A stretch of 64,000 nt of DNA from Planctomycetota bacterium (GCA_038060895.1 JBBTCT010000022.1:160001-224000); one strand, 5' to 3'. Counted from the first letter of the stretch, positions 9,611 to 20,457 are shown. Translations and numbers: made by a program. Notes: generated by a model not told the origin, from the sequence alone.

Positions 9611-10255
9611 ATGGACCCTTCCCTCATCGACCGCTTCTACGCCGCCCTCGCGCTGGACCCGGACCGGATGCGCACGCCGGCCGGGCCGGACGTGCCGCTG
9701 GACATGCTGACGGGGGACAAGGAGCCGCCGCCGTGGGTGAGGTGGAGGGTAGTGCCGGGGCGGCTGGCGGGGGAGACGTTCAGGAAGTGGGAAGAGGAGC
9801 ACGGGGTGCACCTGCCGGAGTCGTTCCGCGAGTGGTTCCTGGCGCGGCACACGCTCACGCTGGACTGCGGCATCCTTCGACTCGCCTGCTCGCCGTCGAA
9901 CAAGCCGTTTGCGGACCTCGACGAACTGCTGGAGTGGGACGAAGAGCCGATCCGGTCGCGACAGATCTTTCCGATCGGCGACGAGTCGCTTTACAACGCA
10001 GGGCCGCTCTGTCTCGACCTGCGCGAAAAGCGCGAAGAACCGCCGGTGGTTTACTGGAACGCGAACGCGGAGGAGATTTCGGCGCCGGTGTTTTCGTCGT
10101 TCCCGAAGCTGCTGGAGCTGACGGCGTTCGCGATGGAGACGGGGCTGAAGCTGTTCAACGATGAAGCGTTGCTGGCACAGTTCCTCGCGCTGGACCCTGA
10201 AGGTGCGGGTGGGCCGGGGAAGGCGTACTGGAGGGACGACGGGCTTCCGGACTGA
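9611..10255 (+). CDS. SMI1/KNR4-like protein
   Basis: WEEEHGVHLPESFREWF, FPIGDE...GPLCLDL...PPVVYW, SSFPKLL. Confidence 0.7.
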   Translation: MDPSLIDRFYAALALDPDRMRTPAGPDVPLDMLTGDKEPPPWVRWRVVPGRLAGETFRKWEEEHGVHLPESFREWFLARHTLTLDCGILRLACSPSNKPFADLDELLEWDEEPIRSRQIFPIGDESLYNAGPLCLDLREKREEPPVVYWNANAEEISAPVFSSFPKLLELTAFAMETGLKLFNDEALLAQFLALDPEGAGGPGKAYWRDDGLPD

Positions 10256-10347
10256 CACGGAGGTCACGAACACCACCGAGGGCACAGAGGAAAGACAAAT
10301 AATTGTTCCTGTCTCGGTGCTCTCTGTGGACCTCGTGCCCTCCGTGT
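10255..10347. repeat. Nonamer palindromic intergenic repeat
   Basis: acacggaggtcacgaacaccaccgagggcacagag...ctcggtgctctctgtggacctcgtgccctccgtgt. Confidence 0.55.
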
Positions 10348-10423
10348 ACCAGCAAATCCGCGTCACTCTCAACTTAACCGCTTTTCCCGAACCTTCCTCC
10401 GCGCCACACGTCAAAATACCCAC

Positions 10424-11236
10424 ATGCCCGCTCGCCCGCCTGCCCGCTTGGCCCTTCTTCTCGCGCTCGCCGCAGCGGTCGCCGCAGGCCCGCCGGGCAC
10501 CGATGACCCCTTCAAAGACGCGGTCACCAGCACTTTCAATCACGTCCGCGCCCACGCGGCCTCCGCTCCTCCGGAGTCGCTCGACCAGGACGACCTGAAG
10601 GCGCTGATCGGGCTGTTGTCGGATCGCGACGTGAGGGTGCGGCAACTCGCGGCCGGCGGGCTGGGACTGCGCGCCGGAGAGGCCGGAGAGCGAGGTGCGA
10701 GGGCGCTCGTCGCAGCCGCAGTCGATCCCTACTCCGGCCTCGATTACCACGCACCGCGAGCGCTGGCGATGTTCGGGACCTCGGCTTATGGGCCTATGCG
10801 CGACACGCTCGCCGGCAAGGACGTGCTCTCCGCCTCGAGGATCTGGCGGCTCTTCCGCTCCCAGGACAAAGGGAAGGACCTCTGCCTCGTCTTCATGTGC
10901 CGCGCGGTGACGGAAGAGAAAGACCCCGCGGTCCGCGCGATGGCCGCGCTTGTCATGCGCCACATCGGGCTCGCGGACCGCGATTCGGTCGCCGCCCTCT
11001 GGACCGTCGCGACCGGCGACGCACCTGCCAGCGTCCGAGCTGCTTCCATCCGCGCCTTCGGACGGCTCGGCGCGATGATGTCCTCGACCGACGAAACCGG
11101 TGCGACGCGCAAGTACCAGAAGGTCGTCGACGCGCTCCCCGCGCTGCGCGAGCTCCAGTCCGACGAGGATCCGGCGGTGAAGGCGGCGGCCATCGAAGCG
11201 ATGGACCTCGTGGAAGGCCGGAGGAGCCCGCGATGA
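10424..11236 (+). CDS. Exported HEAT-repeat protein
   Basis: Signal peptide; DRDVRVRQLAA, DPAVRAMAA and DPAVKAAA repeats; start uncertain. Confidence 0.7.
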   Translation: MPARPPARLALLLALAAAVAAGPPGTDDPFKDAVTSTFNHVRAHAASAPPESLDQDDLKALIGLLSDRDVRVRQLAAGGLGLRAGEAGERGARALVAAAVDPYSGLDYHAPRALAMFGTSAYGPMRDTLAGKDVLSASRIWRLFRSQDKGKDLCLVFMCRAVTEEKDPAVRAMAALVMRHIGLADRDSVAALWTVATGDAPASVRAASIRAFGRLGAMMSSTDETGATRKYQKVVDALPALRELQSDEDPAVKAAAIEAMDLVEGRRSPR

Positions 11237-12114
11237 AAGCGGCCCTCTGCTGTCTGCTCCCCCTGCTCGCGCTTCGCGCCGCGGCCGAGGACGGGCCGTC
11301 GCCGGAAATGGCGGCGATCCAGGCGGAGTTCGACGAGATGACGAAGGGCGGCCAGGGCAAGGCGGAGGCCGCGGACCGCATCGCGCGGATGAACCCGTTT
11401 CCCGGCGAGATCCTCTCGGGGTTCCTGGTCGAGTCCAAAGATCTCCGCTACCGGGAGTGCATCGTCATGGCCTGCGAGTACGCAGGCGCCGCTTCGAAAC
11501 CCGCCGTCCCCGCCCTCGCGCAGGTGATGTTCGTGCCGGATTTCGTGCTTCGGACCGGCGCGCTCGCGGCGCTGCGCGCGTGCGGCCCCGACGCCGCCGC
11601 GGCGATCCCTTCGCTCCTCAAGGTCCTTTCAAGCGACAAGGTCCTGCGCGGCGGCGCCGCGGAGCTCCTGCTCTGCGGCATGGGCGACGCCGGCCGCGAC
11701 GCGCTCAAGGCCGCGATCTCCGATCCCGATCCGGCCGTCGCGGCGAAGGCGATGACCGCCCTTTCCGACGCGCTCAATTTCAACAGGGCCGGCCCCTGGG
11801 CGCTTCTTGCCGAAGTGATCGCCGGCGAGAAGGACGTCTGGAGGCGTCTCTCCGCGGCGAAGAACGCGCGGCTGTGCCGCTACGAGCCGGGTGCCGACGC
11901 GCTTGTTCCCGTCCTCTGCAAGTCGCTCCTCGACGACGAAGATCCCGCCGTCCGGGCGGCCTGCGCCGCTTCGCTCCCCGAGCCCGCGAGCAGGAATCCG
12001 GATCTTCGCGAGATGGCGCTCGAAGCGCTGGAGGCGTCCGTCAAGGAGGACGCGGACGAAGGGGTTCAGGCGGCCTCGGCCGCGGCGGCCCGGCAGCTTC
12101 GCCCGCGGCGGTAG
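11233..12114 (+). CDS. Exported HEAT-repeat protein
   Basis: Start overlaps the previous stop (ATGA); signal peptide; AVPALAQ and DEDPAVRAACA. Confidence 0.7.
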   Translation: MKAALCCLLPLLALRAAAEDGPSPEMAAIQAEFDEMTKGGQGKAEAADRIARMNPFPGEILSGFLVESKDLRYRECIVMACEYAGAASKPAVPALAQVMFVPDFVLRTGALAALRACGPDAAAAIPSLLKVLSSDKVLRGGAAELLLCGMGDAGRDALKAAISDPDPAVAAKAMTALSDALNFNRAGPWALLAEVIAGEKDVWRRLSAAKNARLCRYEPGADALVPVLCKSLLDDEDPAVRAACAASLPEPASRNPDLREMALEALEASVKEDADEGVQAASAAAARQLRPRR

Positions 12115-12178
12115 CGCTGGCCGTCGTGGCCGCCGATCCACTACGCTTGAGCGGACCCTCGACAACGGGAGACGCTCG

Positions 12179-13105
12179 ATGCACTTCAGGATCGCAGGCA
12201 CGCTTTTCTGGTCCATGACCGGCCTCGCCGCGCTGGCGCAGGGTGAAACCGAGGTCCGGATCAAGATGCCGAAGGGCGCGCGCTGGACCGTGGCACAGGT
12301 GCTGGAGGTCCAGAGCGAGAACCTCGATCCGAAGGGAAAGAGCGAAGGGAGGTCGAAGAGCCAGCCCGATTTCCGGCTGGCGGAGAGCTGGGTGGACGAA
12401 TGCGTGGCCGAGGAAGACGCAAAGCCCCTCTCCATCCGGCGAACGGTGGCGTCGTCGCAGGTGTCCGTCCGTTCCGGGAAGCTCCTCGCCACCGGGATGG
12501 ATCAGGCGGTGATCGCGATCGAGCGCAAAGGCGCGGATCTCAAGGTGGTCGCCGGTAACCCGGACGAAAAGTCGCTCGCGGTGCTGCGACTTGGCCCGCC
12601 CGAGGCGGTGGAGTTGCTGTGTCCGGAGAAGGCCGTCAAGACGGGCGCGACCTGGGACGTCCCGCAGGAAGCGGTCCTCCGGCTCCTCGATGCTCTCGGC
12701 GCGTCCATTCCCAGCCTGACGGGGAAGGACGCCGAGAACGCGAAGACGGAATTTGCGCAGGGCATCGGTGGCGGAACGCGGTCATTTGCGGAGGGCGTGG
12801 CTCTTCATGCAAAGGTCGCCTCCGTGCGCGCCGGCGAACTCAAGATCGAGCTGGAGGGAAACCGCGAATTTGAAGGGATGAGCAGCGGCTCGGTGAACGG
12901 CAAGAAGCCCGACGTGAAGAACACGATTGCGATCCGGGGCACGTTCACGGTCAACGCCGAGACGGGCGTTCCGGTGTCGCTGGACCTGACGATCGTGCAG
13001 GTCGAGTACGACGGGAGCCGCGTCGTCGTGGGGGGAAAGGCGCCGGCGATTCCGGGGATCCGGGAGACCTGGCGGCTCAATCGCACGTATACGGTGAAGA
13101 AATAA
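12179..13105 (+). CDS. Exported hypothetical protein
   Basis: RBS ggaga, signal-like N-terminus, beta-rich; codon usage fits the host. Confidence 0.6.
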   Translation: MHFRIAGTLFWSMTGLAALAQGETEVRIKMPKGARWTVAQVLEVQSENLDPKGKSEGRSKSQPDFRLAESWVDECVAEEDAKPLSIRRTVASSQVSVRSGKLLATGMDQAVIAIERKGADLKVVAGNPDEKSLAVLRLGPPEAVELLCPEKAVKTGATWDVPQEAVLRLLDALGASIPSLTGKDAENAKTEFAQGIGGGTRSFAEGVALHAKVASVRAGELKIELEGNREFEGMSSGSVNGKKPDVKNTIAIRGTFTVNAETGVPVSLDLTIVQVEYDGSRVVVGGKAPAIPGIRETWRLNRTYTVKK

Positions 13106-13116
13106 CGCGCCGCGTC

Positions 13117-14922
13117 ATGAGAGCCGCTTCCATTGCTGTGCTGGTCCTGTTCTCGGCAGGTTGCGCCGAGCGCCGCGTCGAAGCGCCGGCGATGCCGGAA
13201 CTCCGGACGGTGGAAACCGCGATCCGGGCGGCGATCACCGGTGTCGGCTCGACCGAGGCCGGACAACCCGGCTACCTCGGCGTCGCCGTCGCTTCCGGCG
13301 ACGACGGTGCGGTCTCGGTGATCGACGTCGCCGCAGGTTCTCCCGCCGCGAAGGCAGGCGTGAAAGCCGGCGACGTCCTGCTCGAGCTCGACGGGCAGAC
13401 GATCGCCGACGGCGAAGATCTCCGCGAACGCTTGCTGGCCTCGACGCCGGGCACCGCGGCGCAAATTCTCATCGAGCGCGACGGCACCGAGCTGACCCTC
13501 TCCGCCGAAATCGGCGCGGTCAGCCGCCCTCTTGCGCTCGCCGCACAGCGCGCCATCCTCGGCATCCAGCTCGGCACTTCCACCGACGGCCGCGGCGCGC
13601 CGATTTCGCGCATCACGAAGGACTCGCCGGCGGAGAAGGCAGGCCTGAAGGTCAAGGACCTGCTGCTCGCAGTCGACGAGCAGCCGGTCAACACGCTTCT
13701 CCAGCTCACCGACTACCTCGCGACGAAGAATCCCGGCGACGCGGTCACGCTCGTGGTCGAACGCGCCGGCAAGCCTGAAGCCATCCGCGCGATCCTCATG
13801 GCCGACCCCGCGGCGGAACCGCGGCTGCCCTCGTACTGGAAGAAGGACCTCTACCGGCTCGCCGTGATCGGTGTCGAATACCCCGATACGAAGCACAACC
13901 CGAAGGTCGCGCTCAAGGACTGGGAGGAACAGTTCTTCAGCACGGGGACGTACGCCGACCGCCGAAGCGCCACCGGCCAGCCCGTCTTCGGCAGCCTGAA
14001 CGACTACTACCGCGAGCAGTCGTGCGGCGCGTTCCGCATCGAAGGAAAAGTGTTCGAGTGGGTCGAGGTCGAAAAGAAACGCACCGACTACGCGCCCGGC
14101 ACCGGAAGCAAGGCGCAGGACGCGTTCTTCACCGAAGTCGTCACGAAACTCGAAGCGCGCGACGGCAAGGACGCCCTCGAAAGCTTCGACGGCATTCTCT
14201 TCATCTATGCCGGCACCTGGCTCCAGACCAACCGCGGCGGCCTCTACTGGCCCCACCGCGGCACCACCACGATCGTCCGGAAGCGCTGGCCTTTCATCAT
14301 CGTCCCCGAAGGTGGCCCGCGCATGACCAACATCAGCGTCGTCGCGCACGAGTTCGGCCACATCCTGGGCCTCCCCGACCTCTACGCCCGCCCCGAAAAT
14401 CCGGGCTCCACCGGCCTCGGCGGCTGGAGCCTCATGTCCAACCAGGTCAGCAACGGCCGCCCGCAGCACATGGACCCGTGGTGCAAGGAGCAGCTCGGCT
14501 GGCTGAAGCCCGCGGTCATCGACCCGCGCGTCCCGCAGCGGTTGGTGCTGTCCCCGGTCGAGGGAAGCGCCACGGAGTGCTTCAAGGTGTTGGTCCGCCC
14601 CGACGGAAGCGAGTACTTCCTCCTCGAGAACCGCAAGAAGCACAAGTTCGACCGCGACCTCGCCGCCGAGGGCCTTTTCATCTGGCGCGTCGTGAAGCGC
14701 CACCCGTCGCTCGTCGTCTCGCACGGCGTCGACGGCCCCGTCGGCCCCGGCGTCTTCCTCCGTTCCGTCCCGTTTCCCAGCGCCTCCAACGACGCCTTCA
14801 CCCCGTATACCACCCCCTCCAGCCGCGCCCAGCTCGGCGGCGGCTGGCCGGTGTCGATCACGAACATCCGCAAGCTCGAGGATGGGAGGACCGAGTTCTT
14901 GATCGGGGTGGAGTACGAATGA
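13117..14922 (+). CDS. Lipoprotein with two PDZ domains and an M6 (immune inhibitor A) metalloprotease domain
   Basis: Lipobox LFSAGC; GYLGV/ILGI and SPAAKAG PDZ motifs; HEFGHILGLPDLY, WSLMS, EYFLLENR. Confidence 0.85.
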   Translation: MRAASIAVLVLFSAGCAERRVEAPAMPELRTVETAIRAAITGVGSTEAGQPGYLGVAVASGDDGAVSVIDVAAGSPAAKAGVKAGDVLLELDGQTIADGEDLRERLLASTPGTAAQILIERDGTELTLSAEIGAVSRPLALAAQRAILGIQLGTSTDGRGAPISRITKDSPAEKAGLKVKDLLLAVDEQPVNTLLQLTDYLATKNPGDAVTLVVERAGKPEAIRAILMADPAAEPRLPSYWKKDLYRLAVIGVEYPDTKHNPKVALKDWEEQFFSTGTYADRRSATGQPVFGSLNDYYREQSCGAFRIEGKVFEWVEVEKKRTDYAPGTGSKAQDAFFTEVVTKLEARDGKDALESFDGILFIYAGTWLQTNRGGLYWPHRGTTTIVRKRWPFIIVPEGGPRMTNISVVAHEFGHILGLPDLYARPENPGSTGLGGWSLMSNQVSNGRPQHMDPWCKEQLGWLKPAVIDPRVPQRLVLSPVEGSATECFKVLVRPDGSEYFLLENRKKHKFDRDLAAEGLFIWRVVKRHPSLVVSHGVDGPVGPGVFLRSVPFPSASNDAFTPYTTPSSRAQLGGGWPVSITNIRKLEDGRTEFLIGVEYE

Positions 14923-15092
14923 CGGATCAACACACCGCCTATACGCAGATGCCGGAGTTCGACGGTATCTACCTCGACGATGCATTCCTCCTGGAGGTCT
15001 GCGACGCGCGGCCGGCCCCCCTGACGCTCGAGGACTGGGAAGCGGAGATGAGGAAGAGAGAGACGTAGCGGCGCCGGGCGGGCCCCCGGGAA

Positions 15093-15605
15093 CTACGCCT
15101 TCCTTTTAGAAGTCGCCTTCTTCGCTCCCGCCTTCCCGGCCCCTTTCTTCCCGCTTTGCGCCTGGAACTTTTCGATGGCCGCGATGTACTTCGCAGCTGG
15201 CACCCGCCGGATCGCTTCCCCGATGACGTCCAGGGCGAGATCCTCCGCCGACTGGAACCGGATGCACGACTTGCCCATGTCGAGCTTCTTGCCGGTCTTC
15301 GCCCATTCCCTCCGGAACCACGCGGCATGCTCCGTGTCTCCGTAGACGCACATCAGGTAGAGCGAGCTGTAGTTCTTCTGCGCCGCGAGCCCCGCGAACG
15401 GCAGCGGCTGCCGGGGGTCGCAGTGATAGCCGGCGGGATAGACGCGGTGCGGAACATACCAGCCGATCATCCCGTACTGGATGCCCTCTTCGTAGTCCTT
15501 GTCGAGATTCGCGTTGACCACTGTGCGCACCGCCTCGATGGCGGCGCGGCGGTCGGCGGGGACGGAAGCGAGGTAGCTGGCGAGGGTGGCGGGTTTGGCG
15601 GGCAT
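15093..15605 (-). CDS. DUF1801 (YdhG-like) protein
   Basis: EEGIQYGMIGWYVP...YPAGYHC, AAQKNYSSLY, KLDMGKSCIRF. Confidence 0.85.
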   Translation of the reverse strand: MPAKPATLASYLASVPADRRAAIEAVRTVVNANLDKDYEEGIQYGMIGWYVPHRVYPAGYHCDPRQPLPFAGLAAQKNYSSLYLMCVYGDTEHAAWFRREWAKTGKKLDMGKSCIRFQSAEDLALDVIGEAIRRVPAAKYIAAIEKFQAQSGKKGAGKAGAKKATSKRKA

Positions 15606-15806
15606 CGGGGGGGATCCCTGTGAATTGGAGGCGGCGATTGTAGCGGCGGCGGTGTCTGTAGCAGGGACACCGCGGACGGGCATATCCCTCGAAGAAATCC
15701 GGATTCCTGCGGATGAAGCGCCGCGGAGGCTGAAACCGGGGGTGCCGAAGGACCGTGAGGAATGCCACGGAACCCGTAGAATCACGTCCATCTTCTGGAG
15801 ATCGCC

Positions 15807-16658
15807 ATGAAACACGCAGCCCTCGTTCTGACACTTCTGTCCGCATCCGTCGGCTTTGCCGAGGACGCCGGGAAAACTGATGAACCCGCGCTGACGATCG
15901 ACATCTGCCACGTCGAGGACGGGGACAAGCCGTGCGAGGCGTACGCGAAGGACAACGTCTGCGGCGCTGAAAAGCACTGGCATTGGGAGATCGAGGGGAA
16001 GGACGTTGCCCCGGAGGAAAAGGTCCGGGCGCGGATCAGAAATCACTCCGATCTTGGAAAGGCCGTCCTCGCAGACAGGATCTCCGAGGGATCCGTGGTG
16101 TTCCGCGTGGACCCGAACTCGCCCTGGTGGCTCGCCCAGATCACGATGAATTGGTGCGCGGAAGCGGGCATCTACCGGATCGAGTGGTGCCGTGTTCCGT
16201 TCCGGGAGCGGAAAGCCGCGGCGGCGGAAGGACGCGCCCTGCCGGCCCTCACGATGGTGAAGGTCTGGCTGCCAAAGGACTCGGGCATCGACCCCGACGC
16301 GCCGCCGATCTACTTCCCGCCCGATGACGAAGGGGACGGAAAGAAGGAAGAGCCGAAGGACGAGCCGTCGGACGCATGGATCGACGTGCGCGTCTTCATC
16401 AAGTACGACGCCGCCAGCGACGCCGTCTCCCGCAAGGTCGCCGGTCGAGAGGTTCTGGCCGACGACGACCTACTCATCGAGACCCTCAAAGCCGTCGTGG
16501 AAAAGGCGAAGAAGGGCGGCCGGAAGAATCCAGCCGTCATCGTCGACGCCGCCCCCGAGACGCCCTTCAAGGCGGTCGCCCACCTGACGGACCTCTGCCG
16601 CGGGCACAAGTTCGATAAGGTCGAGTTCGCAGCGCCGATGCCGGGGGCCCGGAAGTAG
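15807..16658 (+). CDS. Exported protein with tandem ExbD-like domains
   Basis: Signal peptide; VVFRVDPNSPW and VIVDAAPETPFKAV...VEFA resemble the ExbD periplasmic fold. Confidence 0.5.
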   Translation: MKHAALVLTLLSASVGFAEDAGKTDEPALTIDICHVEDGDKPCEAYAKDNVCGAEKHWHWEIEGKDVAPEEKVRARIRNHSDLGKAVLADRISEGSVVFRVDPNSPWWLAQITMNWCAEAGIYRIEWCRVPFRERKAAAAEGRALPALTMVKVWLPKDSGIDPDAPPIYFPPDDEGDGKKEEPKDEPSDAWIDVRVFIKYDAASDAVSRKVAGREVLADDDLLIETLKAVVEKAKKGGRKNPAVIVDAAPETPFKAVAHLTDLCRGHKFDKVEFAAPMPGARK

Positions 16659-16897
16659 CAACCAAGAATTGAAGTAGTAACCAGCTTTCCTGCCTCTCTG
16701 CGGGTGTGGGCTCCGGCTGTTCTTTTCTCGTCGAACACATCGACCGCTTCAGCGCCGAAATTCCCTCCCCTTTTCCCCCTCCTCCTGCCGAAAAAGAGAG
16801 GTCCCGCTGTCACTCCGTGCCGCGGCGGGTCTAGGCCTTTGCCCGCGTGCCCGCTCGCCCGCCTGCTCGCCCGTCCTTTCGTCCTCCCGGAGGATTC

Positions 16898-19264
16898 ATG
16901 GCCAAGACGCCCTCTGCCACGCCGAAGTCCGAACAACTCTGCGAATGGGTCGGCATCGCGATCTTCCTCGCGAGCGCCTTCGCGTGGGTCGCCCTCGCGA
17001 CGCACGATCCCGGCGACTGGGGCGGGATGATGTACCCGCCGAACTCTGAGATCGTGAACAAGGGCTCCAAGGCCGGGGCGGCGTTCGCGTGGTTCATGTT
17101 CCTGCACTTCGGCATCGGCTCGTTCCTCATCGCGGCGCTCAGCTCGGTCTGGGGCGGCGCGATGTTCCTGCGGAAGAAGACCAGCGACCCGTTCTTCAAG
17201 TTCTTCGGCGCGGCGATCGTCGTGCTGTCCACCTCGACGCTGGCGTCGCTCGCGACTCCCGCGATCGCGCAGGGCTCGCGCTGGCACAACACGATGACGT
17301 CGATGGGCGGGCTGTATGGCGAAGCGCTGGCCCGGATCCTGTCGGATAACCTCGGGACGGTCGGGGCGGTGATGGCGGTGCTTTTCGCGCTAGCTTCGTC
17401 GGTGCTGATCGCGACGGACTGGGTGCTTCTCTCCTTCTTCATGCGCTCCTCTGAAGCGCTGGAAGGATCGTTCGACGCGACGTGGGGGAAGGTGGCGTGG
17501 GGCAAGCTGTTCGCCACGGCCCGCGGCCTGCTGAACCGCCGTCCGACGCTCGCCGCCGCGCCGGTGGCGGCGGCTGCGCCGAAGCGCGAGTACAAGCCGG
17601 TGATTGGCGAGGTCGTGCGTGACGAAGCGCCTGTGACGGGCGAGACGGTCGATGTGCCTAAGCCGGAGCCCGTGGTGGCCGCCGCGCCGGCCCCTGCGCC
17701 CGCGCCGGTCGCCAAGGTTGAGCCGAAGCCCGAGCCGAAGCGCAAGGAAGTCATCCACAAGCCGAACCCCGAGCTCCCTCCGATCACGCTCCTCGAAGAC
17801 GTGCCCGTCGAGGAAATCGAGATCGACCAGGAAGGTCGCGTGCAGGCCCTGCAGCGCGCTCTTCGCGACTTCGAGGTCCAGGCCAACGTCGTCAACTACG
17901 AAGCGGGCCCGGTCGTCACGATGTACGAGCTCGAGCTGCTGCCCGGCACGCGCGTCGCCAAGATCATCGGCCTTGCGCCCGACCTGTCGATCCAGCTCGG
18001 CGTCCCCACGCTGCGCATCGTGTACCCGCTTCCCAACAAGACCACGATCGGCATCGAGGTCCCGAACCCGCGTTCCGCCGCCGTCCGGCTGCGCAACCTG
18101 ATCGTCCAGACGGAGGATTCGTGGCGGAAGATGCACCTGCCGCTCTTTTTCGGGCAGGGAGCGACCGGCGCGCCGGTCATCTACGACCTCCAGGACATGC
18201 CGCACCTGCTCGTGGCCGGGACGACGGGGTCCGGCAAGAGCGTCTGCCTGACGACGATGATCCTGTCGATGCTGCTGACGCGCACGTCCGAGGACCTCAA
18301 GCTGATCCTGGTCGACCCGAAGCAGGTCGAAATGGCCGCCTTCAAGGAAATCCCGCACCTGATGGCGCCGGTTGTCACTGACATGCGCCGCGCGCCGATG
18401 GTGCTCGAATGGCTCGTCGCGCAGATGGAAGAGCGGTACAGCCTCTTCGCCAAAGTCGGCGTGAAAAAGATCGAGCAGTTCAACAAGCTGGGCGAGAAGG
18501 CGATCTTCGAGAAGCTGACGATCGAGGGCGAAGAGCCGCCGGACGTGGAGACGCACCTGCCGTACATCGTGGTGATCATCGACGAGCTGGCCGACCTGAT
18601 GATGGTGAGCGCGAAGGAAGTGGAAGCGACGATCCAGCGGCTGTCGCAGAAGTCGCGCGCGGTCGGGATTCACCTGGTGCTCGCGACGCAGCGCCCCTCG
18701 GTGGACGTCATCACGGGCCTCATCAAGTCGAACATGCCCAGCCGCATCGCCTTCAAGGTGGCCGCCAACGTCGACAGCCGGACGATTCTCGACCAGCCGG
18801 GCGCCGAAAAGCTCCTCGGCAAGGGCGACATGCTCCTCATGATCAACGGTTGCCAGCAGCTCATGCGCGCCCAGTGCACCTGGATCCCGGACGAAGAATC
18901 GAAGAGCGTCATCACGTGGCTCCACGAAAAGGGCGGATCCGCGACCTTTGACCCGACCCTGACCCTGGTCGCCGAATCCGCGGGCGACGCCGGCGACGGC
19001 ACGGCGGGCTGCGACGACGAGTTCTTCGAAAGGGCCGCCGAGGTCATCATCGGCGAGCAGCGCGGCAGCGTTTCGCTTCTCCAGCGCAAGCTCGAGATCG
19101 GTTTCAGCCGCGCCGGCAAGCTGATGGACGCGCTCGAAAGGGCCGGCATCGTCGGGCCGCAGGTTGGAGCGAAAGCGCGCGAAGTACGGCTGACGCTGGC
19201 GGCGTGGCAGGCGCGGCATGTGTCCGCGGCGGAGAGGGAGACGGCGGAGGCGGGGACGGCGTAG
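16898..19264 (+). CDS. ftsK: DNA translocase FtsK
   Basis: N-terminal TM helices, IGIEVPN, PHLLVAGTTGSGKS, IDELADLMM, GAEKLLGKGDML, gamma domain SVSLLQRKL. Confidence 0.97.
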   Translation: MAKTPSATPKSEQLCEWVGIAIFLASAFAWVALATHDPGDWGGMMYPPNSEIVNKGSKAGAAFAWFMFLHFGIGSFLIAALSSVWGGAMFLRKKTSDPFFKFFGAAIVVLSTSTLASLATPAIAQGSRWHNTMTSMGGLYGEALARILSDNLGTVGAVMAVLFALASSVLIATDWVLLSFFMRSSEALEGSFDATWGKVAWGKLFATARGLLNRRPTLAAAPVAAAAPKREYKPVIGEVVRDEAPVTGETVDVPKPEPVVAAAPAPAPAPVAKVEPKPEPKRKEVIHKPNPELPPITLLEDVPVEEIEIDQEGRVQALQRALRDFEVQANVVNYEAGPVVTMYELELLPGTRVAKIIGLAPDLSIQLGVPTLRIVYPLPNKTTIGIEVPNPRSAAVRLRNLIVQTEDSWRKMHLPLFFGQGATGAPVIYDLQDMPHLLVAGTTGSGKSVCLTTMILSMLLTRTSEDLKLILVDPKQVEMAAFKEIPHLMAPVVTDMRRAPMVLEWLVAQMEERYSLFAKVGVKKIEQFNKLGEKAIFEKLTIEGEEPPDVETHLPYIVVIIDELADLMMVSAKEVEATIQRLSQKSRAVGIHLVLATQRPSVDVITGLIKSNMPSRIAFKVAANVDSRTILDQPGAEKLLGKGDMLLMINGCQQLMRAQCTWIPDEESKSVITWLHEKGGSATFDPTLTLVAESAGDAGDGTAGCDDEFFERAAEVIIGEQRGSVSLLQRKLEIGFSRAGKLMDALERAGIVGPQVGAKAREVRLTLAAWQARHVSAAERETAEAGTA

Positions 19265-19632
19265 TGAGCAGGGGGTAGTTGGTAGGGGGTAGGAAAGGCA
19301 ACGACACTCGGGGAGGGGCAAGCGCCCTTCCCCGTCTTTGTTGGAGGGAGCCATGGCCAAAGATCGCTGGGAACGCTTCCTGCTCGCGCTGGTCCTGTCC
19401 GCCCTCGTCCTGGGCTCCGCGTTTGCCGCCGTCCGCGCGCGCCAGGACCGGCCCGCCCTCCCGGTCGCTTCTTCGAAACAGCGCGCCTGATTTCAGCGCG
19501 CGGCCACTAAACTGGGCGGGTGAGCCGGTTTCCAGGAAGCCTTCCGCGGGCCGATTCCTCGAAAGGACTCCCGCCCGCCTGACCTTATCTATCCGGGGCC
19601 GGCTTTCCGGCCAGTGCACAAGGAGAGGAATC

Positions 19633-20442
19633 ATGGCTTTCTGCCCGAGTTGCGGTTCGCCGGTCGATGCCGGCTCAACGTCGTGCGCCAAGTGCGGCGG
19701 ACCTTCGGCCGCGAGGCCTGCGGCGCCCGTCTACGTCACCGCACCTTCCCCGCACAGCGGCCAGCCGGGTGGCTTCCAGCCCGCCTACGGCGCCGTGCTC
19801 CCCGACCCCTCGCCGATGGCGCTCATCCTCGCGGCGGCCTCCTGGGTCATTTGCGGGCCGGTCCTCTCCATCCCGGCCGTCTTCATGGCCCGCTCCAACA
19901 TCCGCGGCGTCCGCGAAGGCCGCTTCAATCCCAACTCGCTCTCGATGTCGCAGCTCGCCTTCTGGGTCGCCGCGATCAACGTCGGCGTGGGCCTGATCTC
20001 CATCATCGTCGTTGCCCTGATCTTCGGCGGTGCCATGTTCTTTGCCGCGACCGTCCCCCACACGATGCACAGCCCGGGCGCGCCCTCCCGGATTTCCGGC
20101 TACTCGTCCACCCAGGCTTACGAGTCCATCGAGAAGGACGTCGAAAGCCGCATGGCCGCCCGGCCGGAGTCCGAGCGCAAGCTCTGGCGCCAGACACGCG
20201 ACGACCTCCGCACGATGCGGCGGCAGAGGGGCTCCGGGACGATGCCGGAAGCGAAGGGGTTCGCCGAACTGCTGCGCGCCTCGGATGCGAACGAACCGTT
20301 GTGGGTTGCGCTGACGGCCCTCGAGAGGAAGGCCGCCGTGGAGTCCGGTCGGATCGCGCCGGTGCGTCCGAGGCCCGCGGGGTTTACGCCCGCGGAAGCG
20401 CCGCCGGGCGGGACGACGGAGGAAGAAGACGAGGATGACTAG
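19633..20442 (+). CDS. Zn-ribbon + DUF4190-like membrane protein
   Basis: RBS aggagagg; FCPSCG...CAKCG; two TM helices. Confidence 0.7.
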   Translation: MAFCPSCGSPVDAGSTSCAKCGGPSAARPAAPVYVTAPSPHSGQPGGFQPAYGAVLPDPSPMALILAAASWVICGPVLSIPAVFMARSNIRGVREGRFNPNSLSMSQLAFWVAAINVGVGLISIIVVALIFGGAMFFAATVPHTMHSPGAPSRISGYSSTQAYESIEKDVESRMAARPESERKLWRQTRDDLRTMRRQRGSGTMPEAKGFAELLRASDANEPLWVALTALERKAAVESGRIAPVRPRPAGFTPAEAPPGGTTEEEDEDD

Positions 20443-20457
20443 GGGAAGTTCAAAGGT

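Noticed and set aside
14919-15068. 49-aa ORF overlapping the protease stop (MTDQHTAY...)
   Set aside because: Possibly a gene remnant, but too short and with no recognisable motif
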